A DNA stretch of 64,000 nt from Nitrosopumilus sp. Lineage in GTDB: Archaea; Thermoproteota; Nitrososphaeria; Nitrososphaerales; Nitrosopumilaceae. Below the pieces are notes generated by a model. That model was not told where the DNA came from and ran no database searches. It worked only from the letters and a program-made list of their open reading frames with translations. Both the position numbers and the translations under genes were made by a program. Each line of letters begins with the position of its first letter. The first letter of the stretch is position 1. The DNA is taken from contig OY763927.2 of assembly GCA_963667665.2 (NCBI GenBank), positions 416,001 to 480,000 on the forward strand. Direction: 5' to 3'. Positions 40,580-50,395 of this stretch are shown one piece after another.

Positions 40580-40945
40580 ATGAGAATACTTCATGTTGAG
40601 GATGTTCCAGAAATCAGTAAAGTCTTTGCAGATATTTTGGCGACTAAAAATTATGATTTTGATAGTGTTTCTGATGGTAGGGCAGGATTAGAATTAGCAG
40701 TTTACAAAGACTATGATCTGATTTTACTTGATATGTGCATGCCAAAATATAGTGGTGTTGATTTTCTATTAGATTTAAAACATAGGCGGCCTTCACAATT
40801 GTCTAAAGTAGTAATTGTAAGTGGATTAGACATGAATCTTTTACAAGAACGTGAATTGTCAAAATTAGGAATTCGTTCTATTCTGAAAAAACCTATTTCT
40901 GTTCAAAGCTTACTTTCTCAAATTGACCAAGAAATTACTTTCTAG
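40580..40945 (+). CDS. Stand-alone response-regulator receiver
   Basis: VED, LLDMCMP, VSG, KP. Confidence 0.92.
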   Translation: MRILHVEDVPEISKVFADILATKNYDFDSVSDGRAGLELAVYKDYDLILLDMCMPKYSGVDFLLDLKHRRPSQLSKVVIVSGLDMNLLQERELSKLGIRSILKKPISVQSLLSQIDQEITF

Positions 40946-41340
40946 TTTAAACCCCAACTAACTTTGTTAGTTGGAACAATCTTCAAAAATGCCGCCTCGT
41001 TTTCTTTCCATGGTTCTTTTCTTACCCATTCGAATTTTTTATAAAAAATTTCATAAAACTTGTTAAATTCTACTCCATTTTCAACTATCTCTGTTTTTCC
41101 TTGAATGCATATTGCTTTGTGTTCTCCTGATTTGTAAATGTCAATGACAATACTTGTATGTGGATTTGACTTTATGTTGATAAATGTTCTAGTGTCATAA
41201 TCTGTAGCAACTAAAATTACGTTATCTACAAATACAAATGATACGGGTTTTACATGCGAAATATTGTCATGAGATGTAGCTATTCTTGCCTCCTCTAGTA
41301 ATTCTAGAAATCCTATCTCTTTTTGATTGAATTCTATCAA
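40942..41340 (-). CDS. Pyridoxamine 5'-phosphate oxidase-like flavin/F420-binding protein
   Basis: ARIAT..HVKPVSF, NIKSNP, IQG, SWG split-barrel. Confidence 0.85.
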   Translation of the reverse strand: MIEFNQKEIGFLELLEEARIATSHDNISHVKPVSFVFVDNVILVATDYDTRTFINIKSNPHTSIVIDIYKSGEHKAICIQGKTEIVENGVEFNKFYEIFYKKFEWVRKEPWKENEAAFLKIVPTNKVSWGLN

Positions 41341-41615
41341 CTGAAAATTCGTTCTCTTATTTCTGGTATGTATTTGTATACAATATCCCTGACTTTCATT
41401 TGGTCTTCTGTAGTAGGTACTTCTTTTTGTGAACTAAGAATTACGCCACTCACACCGAGTGCCATTCCCATAATAATCCCGTAAACAAATTCTTGGGGAT
41501 TTTCTACTTTTAATGTCTCTTTATTTTCTTTGATTTCTTCAAGATAAGATGGAATTGTTGTCACTGCGCTATTGATAGTTTGAGTTATTATTGCCTCTAG
41601 TTCTTCATCGTTCAT
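41337..41615 (-). CDS. Hypothetical protein
   Basis: EFVYGIIMG motif; coupled to the downstream gene. Confidence 0.75.
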   Translation of the reverse strand: MNDEELEAIITQTINSAVTTIPSYLEEIKENKETLKVENPQEFVYGIIMGMALGVSGVILSSQKEVPTTEDQMKVRDIVYKYIPEIRERIFS

Positions 41616-41675
41616 ACTACTTTTTCTGAAAGAATTCTTAATAAATTTGTGCCTAAGATTTTTAATTGAGGATTT

Positions 41676-42089
41676 TTGAGTAGATACATGTTCTCGTTTT
41701 TTACTACCACAGAGGCAAATACTGCACTACCTGATGTGATAAAAAAATTTGAGTATGCATTGGCAAAAAAGAATGAGGTATCAAAACTAGAACAACAATT
41801 ACAGACGAGTCTCTCTACTACGAATTCTTTTGAAGAATATGTTACCCTAAAACAGAATCTAAATTCAGCAATAACTAAATTCTATGAATCAGTTGAAATT
41901 CTTGAAAAAACTGGGGTGCTGGTAAAAAGTATCGAACAAGGTTTACTTGATTTTCCTTCAAAGAGATTTAATGAAGAAGTATGGCTGTGCTGGAAATATG
42001 GTGAGACTGAAATAAAATTCTGGCATGAAAAAGATTCTGGTTTTATGGGCAGAAAACCTGTAGAAGTTAGTGATGAATCGCTAGTGTGA
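41676..42089 (+). CDS. DUF2203-family protein
   Basis: FT..EAN..LP, GLLDFPS, WLCWKYGE..I.FWH...GF.GRKP. Confidence 0.85.
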   Translation: MSRYMFSFFTTTEANTALPDVIKKFEYALAKKNEVSKLEQQLQTSLSTTNSFEEYVTLKQNLNSAITKFYESVEILEKTGVLVKSIEQGLLDFPSKRFNEEVWLCWKYGETEIKFWHEKDSGFMGRKPVEVSDESLV

Positions 42090-42194
42090 CTATTTGATTA
42101 TGTGATCTGTTCTAAGATCATTCTAACCATTTACAAGATGGTTACAAAATTCATCTCTACACTGTGTAGCATATCCACAACTACATCTACTCAT
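42090..42194 (-). pseudogene. C2H2-like zinc-finger microprotein with in-frame TAG
   Basis: MSRCSCGYATQCRDEFCNHLVNG*NDLRTDHIIK*; ATGA-coupled to trmB; TAG at 42123-42125 precedes the last His. Confidence 0.5.
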
Positions 42195-43036
42195 TCAAAA
42201 TCATCCTCACTTGATTTTGTCTTTATCCAGATGTTATCGAACAATAATGCTTTTGAGTAAATTATGGTTTCAGAATTTGTCCATATTGCTCTCATTTCTT
42301 TATTATTTCCTTCATTTTTAATGAAAAATAATACCTCATCATCATCTTTTAACAAAAAGCAAAGATTTTCTTTCACTGATGAACAGAGCTTCTTAATTTT
42401 TGATTTGTCCAGATCATCAAAGATATATTTTGATTTTTTTGAAATTGGTGTCAAAAGTTTGTAATCAATTTGATGCTCTTCTAATGCGTTAAGAAAGTTT
42501 GCATGATAAAATTTCATAAAGTCTTTTTCAGAACCTAAAATTCTGCATTCATTTTTGGCATTTAAAATCATGTCAAAAATCTTACTATTAACCTGATTTC
42601 CACCTTGCAAAACCTTGAATTTTTCTTCTTCTTTTTCCTCAGTTTCTGATGTATTTCCTGGAATCTTTTCCCAGATTGCTTCTAACTCTGGACCTGATTT
42701 TTTGAGTTTGTTTAAGCGCTCAGTTTCAGTATTTAGTAGAACCTGTATTGTTTTTTTAATTGGAATTGCTGTGAATTTTATAGGATGTTGAAATGATGCA
42801 TCAACTATCCCTTTGTTCTGTAGGGCTGTAAGCAAATGATATGTTTCACTTCTTGGAATGTTGACTGCTTTGGAAATTTCAGAGGCAGTCTTGGCACCAA
42901 TCTTTCCAAGATAGAAAAATACTTTGATCTGATTAGGGGTTAAACCAAAGGTGGTAAAGTACTCTTTTACCTGTTCATATTCCTCTCTATCAACAGGATA
43001 CATGCCTAATTGGAGTGTGTTTGGTGCTATTTCCAT
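42191..43036 (-). CDS. TrmB-family transcriptional regulator
   Basis: FGLTPNQIKVFFYL..TASEISKA.NIPRSETYHLL..LQNKG; likely ATG 43036. Confidence 0.9.
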   Translation of the reverse strand: MEIAPNTLQLGMYPVDREEYEQVKEYFTTFGLTPNQIKVFFYLGKIGAKTASEISKAVNIPRSETYHLLTALQNKGIVDASFQHPIKFTAIPIKKTIQVLLNTETERLNKLKKSGPELEAIWEKIPGNTSETEEKEEEKFKVLQGGNQVNSKIFDMILNAKNECRILGSEKDFMKFYHANFLNALEEHQIDYKLLTPISKKSKYIFDDLDKSKIKKLCSSVKENLCFLLKDDDEVLFFIKNEGNNKEMRAIWTNSETIIYSKALLFDNIWIKTKSSEDDFE

Positions 43037-43164
43037 TATTGGAAATAGTAATTTTTTTACATAAAAGCCTGATCGTGTAAATGTATACAAATTACTACAA
43101 ATACATACAATTGATTTATTTTTGATGCCTATTGTAAATTTAACGCGATGTTATTTTTTAGAAT

Positions 43165-43620
43165 TCAAATTTGAATAATTTGAAAGATTGCACTATTTGT
43201 TAGCAGATGTTTTTTGAATTGTATCTTTACAATCATACCATTTTCTTGAATATCCATTTTGATGTTTTGAAAAACTGTTTCATATTTTTTTATTTTTTTA
43301 TTATCGTTTGATAATTCAAATCCATTTGAAATTAAAATTCTATTTAAAATCATTGAATTAATTTTTCTATATCCTGATGTTTGTAGAATTTTTGATTCTT
43401 TTAAAATGTCTGAAACAATTAGTGATTTGTTCAAAACTGTGCCTAAAATCGCCTTTTTATCCTCATCTCCAAGCGTATCTATGATTATTTTGGATAACTC
43501 TTTATCTTGAATTGTAATCCATTCTTCTTTCTTCTCTGTTCTTTCTACTTCAATTACCTTAAGCAATGATTTTGTTTCAATCTCGTCTGCATCTGTTCCA
43601 GAAAAAATATTTGATTCCAT
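43165..43620 (-). pseudogene. Winged-helix regulator, probably 5'-truncated
   Basis: GDEDKKAIL..TSGYRKI..KKY wHTH; no promoter space, abuts a head-to-head gene remnant. Confidence 0.55.
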
Positions 43621-43621
43621 T

Positions 43622-43756
43622 GATTTAGAATTACCTGAGTGGATTATCTATATTGTAATTGGTGGAATTTTGATGGTCGGAGTTGTTGTATTCCTGTTCT
43701 TAAAGAAATCCAAAGGTGCTTTGGAAGAAGAATGGGAAGAAGAAGAAGAAATTTAG
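43622..43756 (+). pseudogene. Orphan C-terminal membrane anchor of a deleted surface protein
   Basis: DLELPEWIIYIVIGGILMVGVVVFLFLKKSKGALEEEWEEEEEI*; TM, KK, acidic tail; no credible upstream start. Confidence 0.55.
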
Positions 43757-43968
43757 TTTTTATTTACTCTTTTTCTGTCTCTACAAATACCACAAAGATA
43801 ATCTTTCTTATAATTTTCTAATTCCACTTTGAATTCTTTAGTTTGAGAATATTTTTGCCCAGTTACTACTCTTCCTGGTACCCTTTTGTTACAATCTGTA
43901 CAACGAATTTCTACATAATATCTGATCCTTTTCTCATTTTCTAAAATTTTACCGATTATCATAGGCAT
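43753..43968 (-). CDS. Small C4 zinc-finger protein
   Basis: CTDC and CGIC pairs. Confidence 0.75.
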   Translation of the reverse strand: MPMIIGKILENEKRIRYYVEIRCTDCNKRVPGRVVTGQKYSQTKEFKVELENYKKDYLCGICRDRKRVNKN

Positions 43969-44048
43969 GTTTTATTTGGTTTTGATATAAACAATAGCCT
44001 AAAATCAAAACTCATGAATATTATACCGAAAAACTAGTACTATTTTTA

Positions 44049-44933
44049 ATGCTCTCAGTATGGCTTCGTGTAATTAGAGTAAGATTTCTTCTTGCATCTG
44101 TGATTGCAGTTTCTGTTGGGTTGTCACTTAATTGGCAGCAAAATTCTTCAATTGATCCATTTGATGCAATTTTGATATTTGCTGGAGTGATGGCACTTCA
44201 TGCAAGTGTGGATTTACTAAATGACTATTGGGATTTTAAAAGAGGAATTGATACAAAAACTAAACGAACTAAGATGAGTGGTGGAACTGGTGTTCTACCC
44301 GAAGGATTACTTAAACCATCATCAGTATATCGTGCAGGCGTTGCATTTTTAATTATTGGTTCTGTAATTGGGGGTTATTTTGTAATTACAGATGGAATTA
44401 TTGTTGGAATAATTTTGGGATTTGCAATTTTATCAATTTATTTTTATTCAACAAAAATTGTTGATTCTGGTTTAGGTGAATTCTTTGTTGCAGTAAAAGG
44501 CTCAATGATTGTAATTGGCACATACTATATTCAATCAGGAGAAATTACACTAGAATCCATTCTTGGAGGAATTGTTGTCGGAGTTTTGTCTTCTCTTGTA
44601 CTTTTCATTGCTTCTTTTCCTGATCATGATGCTGACAAGTCTAAAGGTAGAAAGTCTTTAGTTATTGCAGTTGGAAAGGAAAAAGCTGCAAAACTTTTTT
44701 GGATTTTTCCACTATTGTCATATTGTGCAATAATAATTGGTGTTTCTACAAATTTATTTCCTATTTTGTCTCTAATCACTCTATTTACAATTCCATTAAT
44801 GATAAAGTCTGGATTGGGGTTACGGAAAAATTTTGACTCTATTGATAATCTGGTTCCATTCATGTCATCAACTTTGATGTTTAGTAGAATTACTGGTGTT
44901 CTATTTGTTGCAAGTTTTTTGATTTCGCTGTGA
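44049..44933 (+). CDS. menA: UbiA-family prenyltransferase (MenA-like)
   Basis: NDYWDFKRGID, GLGE, PDHDAD..KGRK; multi-TM. Confidence 0.85.
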   Translation: MLSVWLRVIRVRFLLASVIAVSVGLSLNWQQNSSIDPFDAILIFAGVMALHASVDLLNDYWDFKRGIDTKTKRTKMSGGTGVLPEGLLKPSSVYRAGVAFLIIGSVIGGYFVITDGIIVGIILGFAILSIYFYSTKIVDSGLGEFFVAVKGSMIVIGTYYIQSGEITLESILGGIVVGVLSSLVLFIASFPDHDADKSKGRKSLVIAVGKEKAAKLFWIFPLLSYCAIIIGVSTNLFPILSLITLFTIPLMIKSGLGLRKNFDSIDNLVPFMSSTLMFSRITGVLFVASFLISL

Positions 44934-44959
44934 CACTTTAAACATAAATTTGGCAATTT

Positions 44960-46072
44960 ATGAGAATTTGTATGATTTCAGGCTTTGCTACTTTAGAAGG
45001 AACTAAAAGATTTGCTCAAAATTCAGGCGTAAATCAAAGTAATTTCAACGAGTTTGCAAATCTTACTTTTTCTAATGTTGGTATTGGGACATATCTTGGT
45101 GATCCTGATTCTAGAACTGATGAATTAGTTACAAATGCTGTAAAACAATCAATTACTTCTGGAATCAATGTTGTAGATACTGCAATAAACTATAGATCAC
45201 AGAAAGCTGAGCGTTCTGTTGGAAAAGCTATTTCTGAATTAATTCAAGAAGAAAAAATTTCGCGTGATCAAATCTTTCTTAGCACTAAAAATGGATATGT
45301 AACAAATGATGCTGATGTCAAGCTAGGTTTTTGGGAATATGTCAAAGAAGAGTATTCACAAAAAGGTGTTATCAAAGAAGGTGATGTTACATCTGGGTAT
45401 CATTGTATGACTCCAACTTATCTTTCTGATCAACTAGATCGTAGTTTAAAAAATCTGGATTTGGAATGTGTTGATTTGATGTATCTTCATAATGCAGTTG
45501 AAGGACAAATTAAGGATGTACCAAAAGACAAGTTTTTGGAAAATTTAAAGTCTGTTTTTGAATTATATGAACAAAAACGTGATGAAGGAAAAATCAAATT
45601 CTATGGAATGGCTACTTGGGAATGTTTTAGAGTTTCAAATGATAATCCACAATATCTCTCATTAGAAGAAACTGTCAACATGGCAAAGTCTGTTGGTGGG
45701 GAAAATCATGGATTCAAATTCATTCAATTACCATTTAACATGCATTATGATCAAGCACTACTTGGAAAAACTCAAACAATTGGAACAGACTCTATATCTA
45801 TTTTAGAAACAGCAATTCGATTAGGAATTGGTGTTTTTACTAGCGTTCCATTTATGCAAGGACGTTTGTTGACTCCAGGTGCAATGCCTGATTTCAATGA
45901 ACTAAAACCATCTTTACGTGCTTTACAATTTATTCGTTCATCGCCTGGAGTTTTGGCTCCACTAGTAGGTCAGAAATCATCCGAACACGTGTCTGAAAAT
46001 CTTGAGATTATGAAAATTCCTCCAATACCTGAAGATGAATTTTTATCACTAGTAAAGAAACTTACTTCTTAA
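44960..46072 (+). CDS. Aldo/keto reductase
   Basis: GIGTY, DTAINY, STK, DLMYLHN, IQLPFN. Confidence 0.92.
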   Translation: MRICMISGFATLEGTKRFAQNSGVNQSNFNEFANLTFSNVGIGTYLGDPDSRTDELVTNAVKQSITSGINVVDTAINYRSQKAERSVGKAISELIQEEKISRDQIFLSTKNGYVTNDADVKLGFWEYVKEEYSQKGVIKEGDVTSGYHCMTPTYLSDQLDRSLKNLDLECVDLMYLHNAVEGQIKDVPKDKFLENLKSVFELYEQKRDEGKIKFYGMATWECFRVSNDNPQYLSLEETVNMAKSVGGENHGFKFIQLPFNMHYDQALLGKTQTIGTDSISILETAIRLGIGVFTSVPFMQGRLLTPGAMPDFNELKPSLRALQFIRSSPGVLAPLVGQKSSEHVSENLEIMKIPPIPEDEFLSLVKKLTS

Positions 46073-46139
46073 CAAGATATCTTGTTTGAAATTTTGTAGA
46101 AAGATATTAAACGAGTTATCATTAGTAAGAAAGAGTAAT

Positions 46140-46508
46140 TTGTCTGCCAAGATTTATGATTATGCTAAAATCTGTAATTCTATCTTGTCTATTGATCCTA
46201 AAATTAGATTTGTAGGTGTGATTAACGAGCGAGGACGTTTGGTTGCAGGAGGAATGAGAGAGAATGTTGAACCTTTGGAAAGTGAAAAAGATGATGAAAT
46301 GATTTTCATGGAACTAGCGTTACGTGTCAAAATGAGAAAAGAATTTGATAAACAACTTGGGGCTGTAAATTTTGCTATGGCTTCACGTGAGCGTGCACTT
46401 GCAATAAGTGCAATAATTAATGATGATATTTTGTATGTAGTATCTGAGCCTGATACTGATTATGCTATTCTTCCAAAAAAAATTCTTGACATAATACATT
46501 CTGACTAA
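46140..46508 (+). CDS. Thaumarchaeal roadblock/LC7-like protein (DUF6659-type)
   Basis: DPKIRFVGVINERG..GG, FMELALRVKMRKEFD; paralog of 3615; TTG start 46140. Confidence 0.75.
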   Translation: MSAKIYDYAKICNSILSIDPKIRFVGVINERGRLVAGGMRENVEPLESEKDDEMIFMELALRVKMRKEFDKQLGAVNFAMASRERALAISAIINDDILYVVSEPDTDYAILPKKILDIIHSD

Positions 46509-46574
46509 GTTCCATTTCCATTTCTGTGACTTTATGATCTTCTTAATTAGTAATAAAGATCCAGAATTTTTGAC

Positions 46575-46769
46575 ATGGATTGCATTGAGAAAATAGATTC
46601 TGGATATTTAGCAATGTCTGAATTAACTAAAGAAATTGGTTCCTTGGTTCAAAAATCTGTCAATCAAGGCAATGAAGAATTAACTCCATCTGATATAGAA
46701 CATATTTTAAAAATGACCACTGATGTTACACTTCAAATAAAATCAAAGTCAGTTGAATTAAGAATATGA
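46575..46769 (+). CDS. Small helical protein, KMTxDV family
   Basis: Aligns without gaps to the 62702 ORF (IEHILKMTTDV vs IEHLIKMTNDV). Confidence 0.75.
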   Translation: MDCIEKIDSGYLAMSELTKEIGSLVQKSVNQGNEELTPSDIEHILKMTTDVTLQIKSKSVELRI

Positions 46770-47026
46770 ATACTTGTTATGATAGACATGATCCTAAATA
46801 CAAAATAAAATACAAATCATCTAGACTTGGAGGCTTTTCTTCTATGTGGCTTGTGTGTGAAAAATGTTTTGGAAAGCCTGAATTTTTTGGATCAATAAAT
46901 GAAATTGAATCCATTATATCTTTAGAACATTCTCAAGAGATTAGATTTAAAATTGAACACATATCTATTATGACTGAAAAAATTGGAGAAAAGATCCTAA
47001 AACATCTAAGAATCCATAGCCGATAG
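46766..47026 (+). CDS. Small zinc-finger protein, CxxRHDPKY..WLVCxxC family
   Basis: ATGA-coupled; aligns without gaps to the 62875 ORF. Confidence 0.75.
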   Translation: MNTCYDRHDPKYKIKYKSSRLGGFSSMWLVCEKCFGKPEFFGSINEIESIISLEHSQEIRFKIEHISIMTEKIGEKILKHLRIHSR

Positions 47027-47075
47027 AATTACCCTTTAACTCAATCTATAAATATAATTTACATCTGGAAAATTT

Positions 47076-47222
47076 GTGCCAGTAGATCCTGTTTGCGGAA
47101 TTGAACTTGATGAAGATTTAGCATTAATTCATGACCATGGTGGAAAAAAATTCTATTTCTGCTGTAATGGCTGCAGGAAAATTTTTGTCAAAAAACCTCG
47201 TAAATACAAAAATAATGTTTAG
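47076..47222 (+). CDS. YHS/TRASH-domain metal-binding microprotein
   Basis: MPVDPVCGIELD..GKKFYFCCNGCRKIF..KPRKY; TATAAATA upstream. Confidence 0.88.
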   Translation: MPVDPVCGIELDEDLALIHDHGGKKFYFCCNGCRKIFVKKPRKYKNNV

Positions 47223-48166
47223 ATGGGAAAGGCACCACACATTCTACAAAATTTTGAATTTTTAACTTCATGTTTACAATAAGGACAAGTGTTTTTTGCA
47301 CTTTCATCTACTGGGGAACCAAATAATTTCTTAAAAATTTCATAATAGTGCATAGATTCTCTACTTCTAATTATCACACCATCTTCTTTCTCTGTGATTA
47401 GTTTTTTTCCTACAAATTTTTCTTCGTTAATTACTGAATCAAACAAATTTGTTAGCCCTGCAGTACCTGATCCATCCTGCATTGCTGATTTCTCTCTCCA
47501 TGCAATCTGATGTGGAATATATTTTTCAAATGTTTTACGTAGTATCCATTTCCCATATCTTTTTCCATTCTCATTTTTTACTTTCATATTTACAGGAATT
47601 TCTTTAGCTAGTTTTACAACAATATCATTTAGAAATGGCGATTCAATTTTTATTCCTAGTGCCTTTCCAATTTTTTGTGTTGGAAAGTGCATTATTGAGC
47701 AAACTCTTTTGATCTCTTCTTCTAATTCTTCTTCTGGTTTGTTTATTAGAAAACTGTATCCTGCAAATAATTCATCTGCCCCATCTCCTGTGATGATGGA
47801 TTTCTCACCATTTTCTTTGGCCCATTTTATTGCAAGATACATTACTACGTTGTTGCGAATTTCAATATCGTTAAAATTTTTTAAAATTTTGATTGTTTCT
47901 TCAACTGCTTCAAGAATTGTGGCAGTTTCAACATTGTAAATTGATAGAGGTAATTGCATTTCTTTTGAAATCATTTGACAATAAGTCAGATCTGTTGAAA
48001 CATAATCCTCTGCAATGATTGCAACTGACTTTGGTTTTCTTTGTTTTAGAAAATATGCTATGATGGAACTATCTAATCCTCCTGACAGTGAAATTAAATT
48101 TGATTTACATTCATTACAAGATTCTTCTAAAATTCTGTATAGATTCTTGGAAACTTTATCCAACAT
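47219..48166 (-). CDS. Asparagine-synthetase-like ATP pyrophosphatase without glutaminase domain, C-terminal Zn ribbon
   Basis: SLSGGLDSS, TGDGADELFAGY, SPFL, KWILRK, CPYC..CRMCG. Confidence 0.88.
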   Translation of the reverse strand: MLDKVSKNLYRILEESCNECKSNLISLSGGLDSSIIAYFLKQRKPKSVAIIAEDYVSTDLTYCQMISKEMQLPLSIYNVETATILEAVEETIKILKNFNDIEIRNNVVMYLAIKWAKENGEKSIITGDGADELFAGYSFLINKPEEELEEEIKRVCSIMHFPTQKIGKALGIKIESPFLNDIVVKLAKEIPVNMKVKNENGKRYGKWILRKTFEKYIPHQIAWREKSAMQDGSGTAGLTNLFDSVINEEKFVGKKLITEKEDGVIIRSRESMHYYEIFKKLFGSPVDESAKNTCPYCKHEVKNSKFCRMCGAFPI

Positions 48167-48272
48167 TCAACGTATAGAGTTGAAATTAAAATAGCTATGC
48201 CTAATGATCTTCTTCTGGGTACTCAATTTATCATTGTAAACTTTAAATTCATTATTGAATGATTAAGAATTA

Positions 48273-48689
48273 ATGCTACTTCCAGCTGAAATAGAATCTA
48301 AAAATCTAATTCCTGCATTACGAGCAATTCTTGCTAAAAAACTTGCAGAAGATCATAATATTAGAGAAGATGAAATTTCAAAAATGCTTGGAGTTACACA
48401 AGCTGCAGTTAGTAATTACATTCGTGGAACAAGAGGTGATCCATCATTGATTGCAAAACTTTTAGCAGAAAAACAAGTTGCAACTATGATAAAGGAATTA
48501 ATTGATAGTCTTTCATCCGATATGGCCTATACTCCATCTAATCTTTCAAAATTTATCGGTCTTTGTAATTATATTAAATCTAGTTTGCTAATATGTGAGA
48601 TACATCACAATCTAGAATCTGACATAGATGAACAAGTCTGCAAAGAATGTGAAAACATGCTTCTTAAAGGCCCTGGAAGCGTTTACTAG
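48273..48689 (+). CDS. HTH transcriptional regulator (COG2522-like)
   Basis: LPAE..IPALRA, LGVTQAAVSNYIRG.RG, ICEIH..CKEC. Confidence 0.88.
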   Translation: MLLPAEIESKNLIPALRAILAKKLAEDHNIREDEISKMLGVTQAAVSNYIRGTRGDPSLIAKLLAEKQVATMIKELIDSLSSDMAYTPSNLSKFIGLCNYIKSSLLICEIHHNLESDIDEQVCKECENMLLKGPGSVY

Positions 48690-49000
48690 ATTTTATTTAA
48701 AATAATCTCAATAGTTGATGTCATCCTACCAATACCTGCAGCTGATACTGTGTCGAGGGTAATTTTTTGAACTTTGGAATTTCCTTTTAGCATTTTTTCT
48801 GTAATGATATTTGCAGTTGCAACAGCATTTGGAATTGAATTTCCTCTGGCTTTGAGCATAACTTGATTTTTGCTTCCCAGAATTGATAATACATCAATAG
48901 CTGATTGCATTACCGGTTCATTTCCAATAGTTATTATGGTATCTTCAGACTTTTTGGTCTGCTCTTGACCATATGGTTCATTTGACTCTTCCATGAGCAT
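48686..49000 (-). CDS. Alba-family DNA/RNA-binding protein
   Basis: ITIG.EPVM, LKARGNSIPNAV, STIEIIL. Confidence 0.85.
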   Translation of the reverse strand: MLMEESNEPYGQEQTKKSEDTIITIGNEPVMQSAIDVLSILGSKNQVMLKARGNSIPNAVATANIITEKMLKGNSKVQKITLDTVSAAGIGRMTSTIEIILNKI

Positions 49001-49051
49001 TATTCAACAACCAGCAATTTTTTGTTCTTTTAAGTTTTATCGATCAATGAT

Positions 49052-49540
49052 TCATTTATCAAAGTAATCAATTGGGATGTTCTGAAAGTCCCCATTTGGA
49101 AGTACTCTTCTAATTGTAATTGGAATTACTCTTTGTTCTAGTTCTTCCATTGAAATATCTAATGAAATTCTTGCAGTTTTTGGAATTGGAATAAATGGTG
49201 GTGCTCCTAAAGATAACTGCAATGCCCTTGCACCCATAATTCTTGCCTTTTCAAATTTAGTTAATGTTGGTGGCCCAATTGTGATTTTACCTTTTTCACA
49301 AGGAATCTCCACTGAATCATGCTCTACTATTTTATCAACAACATCTCTTGCTTCAATAGTATCAATTCTTTTTTGAAGATTTTCTAGTTCTTTTTCAGAT
49401 AATGGGTCTGCACCTTTTTTCTCAAATAATTTACGATAAGTGTCTAGTGCTTTGTTTAACCCTGCATTTTCTTCTGTTGCTTCACTTGTAACTTCAGCTT
49501 CTGGAGATTCTACCACTCGAGTTTCTTCAGTTTTAGACAA
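49052..49540 (-). CDS. rpoK: RNA polymerase subunit Rpo6 (K) with acidic N-terminal extension
   Basis: LTKFEKARIMGARALQLSLGAP, IPITIRRVLP; likely TTG start 49540. Confidence 0.93.
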   Translation of the reverse strand: MSKTEETRVVESPEAEVTSEATEENAGLNKALDTYRKLFEKKGADPLSEKELENLQKRIDTIEARDVVDKIVEHDSVEIPCEKGKITIGPPTLTKFEKARIMGARALQLSLGAPPFIPIPKTARISLDISMEELEQRVIPITIRRVLPNGDFQNIPIDYFDK

Positions 49541-49592
49541 GTAACAAAATTTTCTTAAAACGTTATATAATCTAACCATTTTAAAGTACGAA

Positions 49593-49979
49593 TTGAGTAC
49601 AAATTCAGTCTCACGAAAACAATTAATTTTAGAAATTCGAGGAAAAGCAAAGATCACATGTGATCTTAAACGTCATCTATCTCCGAGAACTGTTGGAAGC
49701 ATAATGAGATCATTACCGCTAGAAGGACATGCTCATCTATTGGGACAAAGTATTTTGTATTTTGAAACTGCAGTTGATTCTGGAATTGAGAGGGCTAGAT
49801 CTGATTTCAAGAAAGGCGATGTTGCATTTTTACCATCATCTGGAAGCATTTGTTTTTTTATCAATAATGTAACATCTGGAAAAACCATGACGCCTATAGG
49901 AAAATTAAGTAACAATATTGATGCATTAAATGATGTTAAATCTGGAGATGTATTTTGTATCTATGAGGAAACTACTTGA
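49593..49979 (+). CDS. Cyclophilin-like fold protein (TM1367-like)
   Basis: SPRTV..LPL, GDVAF.P..ICFF, PIGK. Confidence 0.85.
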   Translation: MSTNSVSRKQLILEIRGKAKITCDLKRHLSPRTVGSIMRSLPLEGHAHLLGQSILYFETAVDSGIERARSDFKKGDVAFLPSSGSICFFINNVTSGKTMTPIGKLSNNIDALNDVKSGDVFCIYEETT

Positions 49980-50269
49980 TACAGATGATGTCCTGAATAT
50001 CCGCCAACTCTTTTTACAATTCCTTTATTGGTTGATTCTATAAGAAATGCATTTGCTGCAGAAATTTTGACCCCTGTTTGTCTTGCAAGATCTTGGACTG
50101 TAACTACTTTGGAATTTTGAATAATTTTCATTGCTTGTTGCTCGTTTACCATAACTGTGATCTCTGCCTTTCTTGGACCACTATCCCCCCTGTCTTTCTT
50201 TTTCTTAGAGTCCTTTGAATTTGTTGGCTTGTTTTTCTTTGCTCTAGTTGGTTTCTTTGCTCCACCCAT
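49961..50269 (-). CDS. rps25e: Ribosomal protein S25e
   Basis: MGGAKK basic N-terminus; VT.QDLA...VKIS.A wHTH. Confidence 0.85.
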   Translation of the reverse strand: MGGAKKPTRAKKNKPTNSKDSKKKKDRGDSGPRKAEITVMVNEQQAMKIIQNSKVVTVQDLARQTGVKISAANAFLIESTNKGIVKRVGGYSGHHLYQVVSS

Positions 50270-50395
50270 GATTTAAGAAAAAAATATTCCTCTTATAAAC
50301 GATGAACCATCTTTTTGATTTACTAATTTATCAGGGATTTTAAAAAAAATTCTGTTTATTTTCAAATATAAATAACATCTTTGTAATTTGATTAT

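Noticed and set aside
43639-43821. Track ORF of 60 aa
   Set aside because: A different frame (43622-43756) gives a far more protein-like TM anchor.
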